Below, piece by piece: positions 54,487 to 62,494 of a DNA stretch of 64,000 nt. This DNA is from Clostridia bacterium (lineage in GTDB: Bacteria > Bacillota > Clostridia > Oscillospirales > CAG-272), in the NCBI GenBank assembly GCA_017461365.1, contig JAFTYG010000056.1, forward strand, positions 7,089 to 71,088, given 5' to 3'. Under the pieces are notes generated by a model that was not told the DNA's origin, did no database searches, and worked only from the letters and a program-made list of their open reading frames with translations. The number at the start of each line of letters is the position of its first letter. Position 1 is the first letter of the stretch. Made by a program: the position numbers and the translations under genes.

Positions 54487-56673
54487 ATGAAAAAGAAGAT
54501 ATTATCTTTGGCATTGACTCTTGCGATGCTTCTGTCTGCGCTTTCGGTTATGGGGACAACCGTCTTTGCTACCGAGGCGGAGATAACGACTATTTCAAGC
54601 TATGAGGATCTCGTAAGCTTTGTAAACAGCCTTGCGACGTATGATTATTCGGGTAAGACGGTAACGCTTACCTCCGACGTCAAGGTAAATGACGGTTGGG
54701 TGGCAAATGACGGTAAGGTAGCGGCTACCGCCGCTCCCACAGGCGACGATGCAAAGGTACTTGATACCACCGTGGCTACAAACGCGTTTAAGGGAACTCT
54801 TGACGGTAACGGAAAGACCGTCAGCGGACTTTATATCAACGGCTCGGCATTTATACCCACCGTATCTGATGCGACTATTAAGAATATTACATTTGATAAT
54901 TGCTATACCAACAATTCCATTGCTTCGGGCTATACAGCTATAGTTGCAGGAGCTTTATCGATAGCTAAAACAGCTACCTTCACAAACGTAGTTGTAAGTA
55001 ATTCCAAGGTTGTTAACGGTGCTACCAACGGTTCTGTAGGAACTATGCTTGCTGCTGCGCTTAGTGACAGCACAGCAACAAATCTTACAGATTGTGAGTT
55101 CACAAACTGCAGAAGTGAAGAGAATATGGTCGTTTCCGGAGCTAAGACTTCTCTTGTAGGCGGTCTTGTAGGAAGCTTCGGCAGAGGAAGCGGAACATTC
55201 ACTGATTGCGTAAACACCTCAACCATCTATGCGATACCCGGCAATTCTACATTGGTAAATGCGGGATACAAGGTTGGCGGTATTTTGGGTTCTGCAGGTG
55301 GAAATGCCTCTACCTGTACCGTAAGCTTTATTGAGTGCGTAAATACCGGCGAGATCACCGGATTTTCTCACGTTGGCGGTATGGTTGGTGACGGTACTCC
55401 CGCGTTTGTCGTATCAAAGTGCGTAAATACAGGCTCGATCACGGCGGGTGACACGACGCTCAGTAACGATAAGAGCACGTCTGATTGTAATGCGGCCGGC
55501 TTTATCGGCAGGTACAATGCGAGCGTATTGGGTCAAAAGTGCACTATTTCCGAAAGCATAAATACGGGTGATATAAACGCTGTTTCGGCATCGGGTGTTA
55601 AACGCGGTGTTGCGGGCGGATTTATCGGTTCGTGCAATAACGACAAGTCCGACGTTGCAATCGTTGATTGCGTAAATACGGGCAAGGTTAAGGGAAGTAA
55701 CAGAGGCGGCGGAGCGGTAGGCTTCTACCACGCAGGTCTTCTTACGAGTACCTTTGAAAGAGTTATAATCACACAAACCACAGAGGGTAAGGACACAGCG
55801 TGCAAGGGCTCTATCATAGGCTACTGGGCGGCAACGACCGTGGCTGACGGAAAAGCTATCAACCTGACCGACGTTTACTATGGCGGTGCGGACGGCGCTT
55901 ACGCATTCGGAAGATGGTACAGCGGCGGCGGTGCTCTCGGCACTTACGGTAGCATAAACGTAACGTACACATATCCCGCATACACAAAGAATTTCGTAGG
56001 CGGTGTTGACAATACTGACTCTGACTATAAAGCGGCATACAGCATTCCTTTTGCAGAGGGCGGCGGATATATTTCCGATTTCTCCACCGTTTACGGCGAG
56101 AAGGGCGCTGAGAAGTTTGCGGCTCTTGCTCTCGGTGAGAAGTGGGTACTTACAGACACGGTTCCCATGCCCGCAGCTGCTCACAAGCTTCTCGAGAATA
56201 CTCTTGCAGAGAGTGACGTTATCAATTACATCGGTTTCCAGAAGAAGCTTGGAACAGACACTCTTCAGGTTCGTCTCGTTGCAGAGCTTGCAAGCACAGA
56301 ATACAGAAATACAGGATTTGAGATCGTAGTGGTTGAAAAGCTTGCTACCTACGCGACGGCAAACGGTGTTACAACTATCACCGTTGCTCAGCCTACGATA
56401 GGCGCGGCTGCTGTAGAGACAGATCAGAACTCGACCACCGTTTACACCTCTCTCAAGGCGTTCGGTGAGGACGGAACGGAGCTTGCTCCCGTTACTGCCT
56501 CCGAGGGCAAATATCTCTCTGCTATAACCGTAACGAATATTCCCACGGCGGGAACCTTTACCTTTATTATCAAGCCTTACGTTACTCTTCTTGACGGAAG
56601 CGGCGTTGAATACGGAGCATCCTATGCGGTTGTAGTAGTTGACGGCGCTGTCAGCTACGGCTACGCAATGTGA
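54487..56673 (+). CDS. Secreted GLUG-like / parallel beta-helix repeat protein
   Basis: Signal peptide ...TTVFA. I.SYEDLVSFVN...GKTVTLTSDV, FKGTLDGNGKTVSGLYI, then many G/N/S/T-rich ~25-aa turns (C(V/E)NTG.I...). 728 aa. Confidence 0.7.
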   Translation: MKKKILSLALTLAMLLSALSVMGTTVFATEAEITTISSYEDLVSFVNSLATYDYSGKTVTLTSDVKVNDGWVANDGKVAATAAPTGDDAKVLDTTVATNAFKGTLDGNGKTVSGLYINGSAFIPTVSDATIKNITFDNCYTNNSIASGYTAIVAGALSIAKTATFTNVVVSNSKVVNGATNGSVGTMLAAALSDSTATNLTDCEFTNCRSEENMVVSGAKTSLVGGLVGSFGRGSGTFTDCVNTSTIYAIPGNSTLVNAGYKVGGILGSAGGNASTCTVSFIECVNTGEITGFSHVGGMVGDGTPAFVVSKCVNTGSITAGDTTLSNDKSTSDCNAAGFIGRYNASVLGQKCTISESINTGDINAVSASGVKRGVAGGFIGSCNNDKSDVAIVDCVNTGKVKGSNRGGGAVGFYHAGLLTSTFERVIITQTTEGKDTACKGSIIGYWAATTVADGKAINLTDVYYGGADGAYAFGRWYSGGGALGTYGSINVTYTYPAYTKNFVGGVDNTDSDYKAAYSIPFAEGGGYISDFSTVYGEKGAEKFAALALGEKWVLTDTVPMPAAAHKLLENTLAESDVINYIGFQKKLGTDTLQVRLVAELASTEYRNTGFEIVVVEKLATYATANGVTTITVAQPTIGAAAVETDQNSTTVYTSLKAFGEDGTELAPVTASEGKYLSAITVTNIPTAGTFTFIIKPYVTLLDGSGVEYGASYAVVVVDGAVSYGYAM

Positions 56674-56690
56674 TCGTGAGAGGTGATATT

Positions 56691-56852
56691 ATGAAAACAT
56701 TATATAACGCGCCCCGCGCAGAGCTCCTTGAGCTTTCTACCCGTGAAGATATTCTCACTGCCAGCGGTCTTGTTTTAGGCTTGGATGAATCGAGCCTCGG
56801 CAAGTTTGGCGAGCTCATTACTCCCGAGGACTTTATGCAGTCGGGATTCTGA
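56691..56852 (+). CDS. Small hypothetical protein (53 aa)
   Basis: ATG 6 nt after AGAGGTG. MKTLYNAPRAELLELSTREDILTASGLVLGLDESSLGKFGELITPEDFMQSGF. No signal peptide. Confidence 0.4.
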   Translation: MKTLYNAPRAELLELSTREDILTASGLVLGLDESSLGKFGELITPEDFMQSGF

Positions 56853-56924
56853 TATGACCTTTATGGGGAGCTTGCCTTACGTGAGCTCCCCTCTTGCTTG
56901 TATTACATTGAAAGGAGAATTCTT

Positions 56925-58193
56925 ATGACAAAGAAAATTATTGCGTCATTGCTCGCGGTCATGCTTTTTGGCGGTCTTGTTTCATGTGTGAACAATGAAG
57001 CTCCCGACGGAGAGGAGAGTGAGAGCGAGACTAAGGTCGAGACGGGCGGGGATGAGACACCCGACGATCCCGAGACACCCGACGATCCCGAGACTCCCGA
57101 CGATCCCGAAACACCTGACGATCCCGATCCCGTGCCCACGACGGTAGCTCTCAATTCGTCTACAAAGGGTATAAAGGTGCTTGGTGAGAGAGCGCTTGCA
57201 TCCGACTCTCAGATAAACTGCGATTGGACCTGCTCGGGTATTGAATTTACGTTTACATCGACGGGCGGAGCTTTGAGTGTCAAGGCAAATTCCGACGCTC
57301 CCTGTTATTTCAGAGCCTACGTTGACGGCGTTGAGTGGGTAAGCGCGTCGGGTAAGGCTTATTATGAGGTCAACGGCGAGACCGAGATAACGGTACCCGC
57401 CATCCCCAAGGGTGAGCGCACCGTTCGTCTTATCAAGGTAACAGGTCACACTCTTGCGAGGGCGGCTCTTACCGAGATGACCTTCTTCGGAGCTCTTTCC
57501 GAGACGGCTCCCGCAGACAAGGAGCTTTATATTGAATTTATAGGTGACAGCATAAGCTGCGGTTGGGGTGTTATGGGCACAAAGGACGGAAAGTACACCG
57601 CACAGGACGGCTCTTTGGCTTATCCTTATCTCGTTGCAAAGGCTCTCGGAGCCGACTATTCGATCACGGCTCTCTCAGGTCAGGGACTTGTTTTCCACGG
57701 TGAAAATATTCCCAATATGGCTGACGGCTATCTTCTCTCCTCACCTCTTCGCAGTGGCGAGGCTGTTTACGGCTTTGAAAGACAGGCTGACGTTGTTGTT
57801 ATCAACATAGGTACGAACGACTACTCTAAGGGTGTATCCGAGGCTGAGTTTGAGGCGGCTTACAAGGCTCTTATCGAGACTGTACGCGCAAAGAACGGCG
57901 AGGACTGCAAGATAGTTTGTCTCTACAACACTATGAACGACACATATGCGTCGACGATACTTTCCGTATGCCGCGAGCTTGGCGGACAGCAAGGCGGAGT
58001 ATATTCCTACAAGCTTTCGCGCGCCGAGAGCGGACATCCGACATCCGGGGAGAACAAGGCGTACGCCGAGGCAGTAAAGGTCGCAGTTGACAATGCCGTT
58101 AAGGGTATAATTACCGAGATACCTATGACGAGTGAAAATGAGGGCGAGGGAATGAGCGCCGACTTTAAAACGGATTTTGAACCCATAAGCTGA
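56925..58193 (+). CDS. Lipoprotein, CE2-like SGNH/GDSL esterase with N-terminal beta-sandwich and (PDDPET)n linker
   Basis: Lipobox LVSCVN. Four PDDPET repeats. FIGDSISCGWG (GDS block), GTNDY block. 422 aa from ATG 56925. Confidence 0.75.
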   Translation: MTKKIIASLLAVMLFGGLVSCVNNEAPDGEESESETKVETGGDETPDDPETPDDPETPDDPETPDDPDPVPTTVALNSSTKGIKVLGERALASDSQINCDWTCSGIEFTFTSTGGALSVKANSDAPCYFRAYVDGVEWVSASGKAYYEVNGETEITVPAIPKGERTVRLIKVTGHTLARAALTEMTFFGALSETAPADKELYIEFIGDSISCGWGVMGTKDGKYTAQDGSLAYPYLVAKALGADYSITALSGQGLVFHGENIPNMADGYLLSSPLRSGEAVYGFERQADVVVINIGTNDYSKGVSEAEFEAAYKALIETVRAKNGEDCKIVCLYNTMNDTYASTILSVCRELGGQQGGVYSYKLSRAESGHPTSGENKAYAEAVKVAVDNAVKGIITEIPMTSENEGEGMSADFKTDFEPIS

Positions 58194-58212
58194 CGCTTGG
58201 AGGCGTTACAAG

Positions 58213-59184
58213 ATGAAAATAGTACACGATACACATACACACAATATTTATTCCCACTGCTGCGCCGACAAGGCGGCGTCGACCGAGGCGTATATCAAAA
58301 AGGAGCAGGAGCTCGGAATAAAGGTTTTTGGACTTTCCAATCACATCTGGGATGAAAACGTCAAGGGCTCTTCCTACTGGTACAAGCACCAGACGATAAC
58401 TCTTGCGGAGGAGTCGAAGGCATATCTGAAGCGCCAGAGGGAGGGAATTCGCTGTCTTTTCGGCGCGGAGTCGGAATATTACGGGCATCTTGACAGGCTC
58501 GGTATGTCTGCTGAGGGCGCGAAGCGCTTTGATTATATGCTCATTCCTCACAGCCATCTCCATATGCGCAATGAGGTAATGGCGGATTATCCCGAGATAA
58601 TCGAGGCGCGTCAGATGATCGAAGCTAAGATACGCGAGGCTTGTCCTTTCCTTGCCGACGACACCGTTAAGGCTATGATCGGAACGCTCCGCGAGGCGCA
58701 TCTTATGAAATACGTTCCCGAGATGAAAACGAATATCGGGGAATACACTGTGAGGGGCGCTATCGACAATTTCTACGGTCTTATTGAAAATCCCGAATTT
58801 ATTGCTATCTCAAAGGTCGTTCCGACGTCGGTGGCGCATCCGTTCAATCTTTGCGGTGTGCCTAACGTCAACAAGAACGAGTTTCTCCGTCTTATTGACG
58901 ACGACACGCTGAAGGATATTTTTTCGAAGTCGGCAAAGCTCGGCGTTTACATGGAAATAAACACGGGCTCGGTAAGCGAGTGCGGACTTAATCTTGCCGA
59001 GAACGAGCTTATGCGCGTATTTGCGATCGCAAAGGCGGCGGGATGCAAATTTACCTTCGGAACGGACACTCACTCCATAAAGGGCCTTGAAATGATAAAG
59101 ATAGGTAATGACGTTTGCGATTATCTGCACCTGACACGTGAGAATATCGCGCCTTATCTTGCCGAGGACGGTATTATTGAATGA
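58213..59184 (+). CDS. PHP-domain metal-dependent phosphoesterase
   Basis: MKIVHDTHTHNIYSHC..., later H..H and GTDTH motifs. 323 aa, cytosolic. Confidence 0.7.
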   Translation: MKIVHDTHTHNIYSHCCADKAASTEAYIKKEQELGIKVFGLSNHIWDENVKGSSYWYKHQTITLAEESKAYLKRQREGIRCLFGAESEYYGHLDRLGMSAEGAKRFDYMLIPHSHLHMRNEVMADYPEIIEARQMIEAKIREACPFLADDTVKAMIGTLREAHLMKYVPEMKTNIGEYTVRGAIDNFYGLIENPEFIAISKVVPTSVAHPFNLCGVPNVNKNEFLRLIDDDTLKDIFSKSAKLGVYMEINTGSVSECGLNLAENELMRVFAIAKAAGCKFTFGTDTHSIKGLEMIKIGNDVCDYLHLTRENIAPYLAEDGIIE

Positions 59185-59185
59185 C

Positions 59186-59221
59186 AAATCGGCTGTCCCG
59201 TTTTTTGGGGGCAGCCGATTT
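59186..59221 (+). terminator. intrinsic terminator
   Basis: AAATCGGCTGTCCC GTTTTTT GGGGGCAGCCGATTT. Confidence 0.65.
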
Positions 59222-59353
59222 CCTTGCGGTTTGGCGAAAAGGACTGAACGTTTGCTAAGTTTGCCATTGTATTCCGAGCCGTTTTATGATATAATCGGTA
59301 TGATATGCAATTATCCTTGCCGTTTTTTCGGCGGGGAGTGAAGGAGTTTTACT

Positions 59354-61027
59354 ATGATGAAAAAAATTATTGCTATGTGTTTGCTTTCGGTCATGCTTCT
59401 GGGGCTTGTTTCCTGTAATTTCGGAGCGGACGATGAAAATGAGAGCGGCACTGAGGACATTGTTACCACAGATACCGAAGCGCCTGCGGTCGAGCTTCGC
59501 GTGGACTGTCTTGCCGATTACAGGATAATCTACTGCGACGGTCCGTCTCTCAATCTTCTGAAAAAGGTGAGGGCGCTTCAGGGGCTTATCGAGGACAAGT
59601 ACGGCGTGGAGATCGAGTCGTCCTCGGACAGCGCCGCAGTCTCGGAGCGCGAGATACTTATCGGTTGGACGAACCGCCCCGAGAGCGACGAGGGCTTTTT
59701 GCTATCTCCGAGAATTGACGATTACGCGGTGAGCGCGGTCGGGGAGAAGATCGTTGTTTCTGCGCACAGCGACGAGAAGCTTATTGAGGCGATCGACGCG
59801 CTCATGGCGCATATGACGGGAATTTCCGACGGGGAGCTTTTCTATGAGACGGGATATAAGGCTATATCGCTCGGAGAATACAGCTATGACGCCGAGGAGG
59901 TTCTTCTTGACGGAGTAAGTATTTACGAATACACGATAGTTTATGAGGACAGCGACGAGGGACGCGCGCTTGCGAAGCGTCTGTCCGACGGGATCTGCGG
60001 AAAGTGCGGTTATATTCTCAAAGCGTCGAGCGAGCCTGTTGAGGGCAGGATGATACTTGTCGGCAGGACGGAGGTAGGCGCGCCCGACGATATGACGAAT
60101 GCGGTGTCTTCTGACAATTATTATATGGGAATGAGTGGAGACGATCTTTATCTGTACGGCGTCGATCTTGTTTCGGCAAGCAAGGCGATAGGTGATTTTA
60201 CCGAGCTTTTAGAAGAGGGCGAGGGTAAGACGGTAGAGCTTTCTCCGAGAACAGGTGAGGTAAGCGCACCCGATACATCCTTGAAGTCTATGACATTCAA
60301 TGTTTATTGGGACACAAGTGACTCAACACGTGTGCAGAACGTTATAGCTACCATCAGAAAGCATTCTCCCGACACCTTTTGCGTTCAGGAGGCTACGGGA
60401 ACGTGGATGGCGAGACTTTCCGTCGCTTTCAGCGATGAATATGCGTGGGTTGGAAAGGGACGTATTGGAAATGGCAGCATAAATGACGAATACTGCGCGG
60501 TTTTCTACAAAAAGAGCAGATTTGAGCTTATCGAGTCTGACACGAAGTGGTTGTCCGAGACTCCCGACGTTGCGGGCTCTGTGATGCCCGGGGCAAAGTA
60601 TGCGAGAGTATTTACTTATGCGTTACTTGAGGATAAGGTGACGGGTGAGCGTTTTGTTTGTATGAACACTCACACCGACCACGTTGATGACGGCGGAGCT
60701 GTAAGACTTAAGCAGGCGGCTGTGATCACGGATTTTATTGCGGAAAAGTTTCCCGATACGCCTCTTCTGCTTACGGGAGATATGAACGATACGGCGACAT
60801 CGAGCGCGATAAAGCATCTGCTTTCCTCGGGGCTTGAAAATTCTTCGGAGATTGCCGTTTTGGGGGACAAGTCGTATTCATTCAAGCAGTCGGTAATTGA
60901 TTTTCTGCTTTTGAGTGAGAGAGATTTCAAGGTCTACACGTATGACGTTGATACGGATACGATTGACGGGGAATATCCTTCGGATCACCGCGCGGTGGTT
61001 ATAAAATATGATATTGTAAGTAAATGA
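59354..61027 (+). CDS. Lipoprotein with duplicated N-terminal module and C-terminal EEP domain (paralogue of 51101-52903)
   Basis: Lipobox LVSCNF. EEP motifs VQEA, GDMN, SDHRAV. The N-terminal modules share (I/V)(V/I)Y....(E/D)....A..L......G and ILVG.T patterns with the paralogue. Confidence 0.8.
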   Translation: MMKKIIAMCLLSVMLLGLVSCNFGADDENESGTEDIVTTDTEAPAVELRVDCLADYRIIYCDGPSLNLLKKVRALQGLIEDKYGVEIESSSDSAAVSEREILIGWTNRPESDEGFLLSPRIDDYAVSAVGEKIVVSAHSDEKLIEAIDALMAHMTGISDGELFYETGYKAISLGEYSYDAEEVLLDGVSIYEYTIVYEDSDEGRALAKRLSDGICGKCGYILKASSEPVEGRMILVGRTEVGAPDDMTNAVSSDNYYMGMSGDDLYLYGVDLVSASKAIGDFTELLEEGEGKTVELSPRTGEVSAPDTSLKSMTFNVYWDTSDSTRVQNVIATIRKHSPDTFCVQEATGTWMARLSVAFSDEYAWVGKGRIGNGSINDEYCAVFYKKSRFELIESDTKWLSETPDVAGSVMPGAKYARVFTYALLEDKVTGERFVCMNTHTDHVDDGGAVRLKQAAVITDFIAEKFPDTPLLLTGDMNDTATSSAIKHLLSSGLENSSEIAVLGDKSYSFKQSVIDFLLLSERDFKVYTYDVDTDTIDGEYPSDHRAVVIKYDIVSK

Positions 61028-61161
61028 TCTCTCATATTGACCTGCTCGCGACAGATGTGGGTAGGTCTTTTTTATGAAATTTTATATATCTCTTGACAAA
61101 TCGTATCGAAATAGTATATACTTATGATATTATTAAATTTAGGCTCCAAGGAGACGTAAAA

Positions 61162-61986
61162 ATGAGCAAGATAGGTGTATTGATTAGTTTAAAGGGTGAC
61201 AGCGATATTCTTCAGAAGTTTACCGAGGTCAAAAATAACGGATTTGAATGCTGTCAGATCTCTATATGGGATATGTCATTCTATACCGACGCGAATGCAA
61301 AGGCGATAAGCGATGCCGTTTCGGCTACGGGGGTTGAGATCTCTACGCTTTGGGCGGGTTGGTCGGGACCTAAGGAATGGAATTTTACGGGCGGTCCTAT
61401 GACTCTCGGTATCGTTCCCGCTCCGTTCAGGATGCAGAGGGCTGAGGAGCTTATCGAGGCGGCTCGGTTTGCATCCAAGATCGGTGTTAAGAGGGTTGCG
61501 ACTCATGCGGGATTTCTTCCCGAAAATATGAGCGATCCCGAGTACTGCGGTGTTATTGCTATTCTCAGGTACATTGTAGGAAAGTACAAGGCTCTCGGAG
61601 TGGATTTCCTTTTTGAGACGGGGCAGGAGACTCCCATCACTCTTCTTCGCGTTATAGAGGAGCTTGGTTCGGACAACGTGGGTATAAATCTTGACACGGC
61701 AAATCTTATACTCTACGGCAAGGCGAATACTGCTGACGCTGTTACTGTGTTCGGAAAATATGTAAGAGACACTCACATCAAGGACGGACTTTATCCTACC
61801 ACGGGTGCTCGGCTTGGAATTGAGACCAAGGTAGGGGAGGGAATGGCGGATATTCCCAAGGTGGTCAAGCGTCTGCGCGCGGTCGGGTATGACGGAAATT
61901 ACATTATCGAGCGTGAGATAAGCGGTGAGCAGCAGATAAGGGATATACTTGACACGAAGGTGTATCTTGAGGCTATACTTGCTTGA
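61162..61986 (+). CDS. Sugar phosphate isomerase/epimerase (xylose-isomerase-like TIM barrel)
   Basis: I place the start at MSKIGVL (8 nt after AAGGAG). HAGF, LFETGQE, NLDTANL, HIKD. Confidence 0.8.
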   Translation: MSKIGVLISLKGDSDILQKFTEVKNNGFECCQISIWDMSFYTDANAKAISDAVSATGVEISTLWAGWSGPKEWNFTGGPMTLGIVPAPFRMQRAEELIEAARFASKIGVKRVATHAGFLPENMSDPEYCGVIAILRYIVGKYKALGVDFLFETGQETPITLLRVIEELGSDNVGINLDTANLILYGKANTADAVTVFGKYVRDTHIKDGLYPTTGARLGIETKVGEGMADIPKVVKRLRAVGYDGNYIIEREISGEQQIRDILDTKVYLEAILA

Positions 61987-61997
61987 TATTATATATT

Positions 61998-62028
61998 ATC
62001 CTCCCGATTTTTCGGGAGGATGTTTTTT
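61998..62028 (+). terminator. intrinsic terminator
   Basis: ATCCTCCCG ATTTTT CGGGAGGAT followed by GTTTTTTT. Confidence 0.8.
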
Positions 62029-62052
62029 TGTTTTAAAGTCGGAAGATTTTTC

Positions 62053-62081
62053 TTGACAAAGCGTGGAAAGTTTGGTATAAT
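62053..62081 (+). promoter_or_regulatory. strong sigma-A type promoter upstream of the tRNA-Pro locus
   Basis: TTGACA (62053-62058), 17 nt, TGgTATAAT (62073-62081). Confidence 0.6.
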
Positions 62082-62114
62082 AATAAGAGAGCGTTGTGAT
62101 GCGGGTGATAGTAT

Positions 62115-62152
62115 CGGGATGTAGCGCAGTTGGTAGCGCGCGTGGTTTGGGA
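62115..62152 (+). pseudogene. tRNA-Pro 5'-half pseudo-copy (acceptor 5' strand through anticodon loop only)
   Basis: CGGGATGTAGCGCAGTTGGTAGCGCGCGTGGTTTGGGA versus CGGGGTGTGGCGCAGTTGGTAGCGCGCGACGTTTGGGA of the intact gene. Downstream it has no anticodon-stem 3' strand, no TTCGAAT T-loop and no acceptor 3' strand. Confidence 0.55.
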
Positions 62153-62317
62153 GCGTGCAGGCAGTTCCTGTCTTTTCATTTTCCCGAAGCTCGAAATCCC
62201 TTGAAAGCACTGACTTTTTCGGCACTCTACTCTCTCGCAAAATCCTCACAATAAGTGGTTTGACCACAGATTTGACCACTTACGAAAAAACGCAAAAATT
62301 CAATATTTTTCACACTT

Positions 62318-62393
62318 CGGGGTGTGGCGCAGTTGGTAGCGCGCGACGTTTGGGACGTCGATGCCGCAGGTTCGAATCCTGTCACTCCGACCA
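62318..62393 (+). tRNA. tRNA-Pro (anticodon UGG), CCA encoded
   Basis: Manual cloverleaf: acceptor CGGGGTG/CACTCCG, D arm GCGC-AGTTGGTA-GCGC, anticodon arm CGACG-TTTGGGA-CGTCG (TGG at 62351-62353), T arm GCAGG-TTCGAAT-CCTGT, discriminator A plus CCA. Confidence 0.9.
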
Positions 62394-62440
62394 TATCGAG
62401 TGTTCATAACAGATTTCAGTTATGGACACTCGATATTTTT
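62394..62440 (+). terminator. intrinsic terminator after tRNA-Pro
   Basis: TATCGAGTGT.CATAAC...GTTATG.ACACTCGATA followed by TTTTT. Confidence 0.7.
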
Positions 62441-62494
62441 ATGTCTGCATTTATATTTCGTTGTTTGGGGTAGCGTTTGGCTACTCTTTTTCTT

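Noticed and set aside
52824-56184. Minus-strand ORFs 52824-53954 (376 aa) and 55414-56184 (256 aa).
   Set aside because: They are antisense to the SBP lipoprotein and the beta-helix protein genes, with no start context or motifs.
62115-62190. The first tRNA-like sequence as a functional tRNA-Pro or an intron-containing tRNA.
   Set aside because: Only the 5' 38 nt are tRNA-like. There is no pairing partner for the anticodon stem or acceptor stem and no T-loop. The sequence after the spacer is a complete tRNA rather than a 3' exon.
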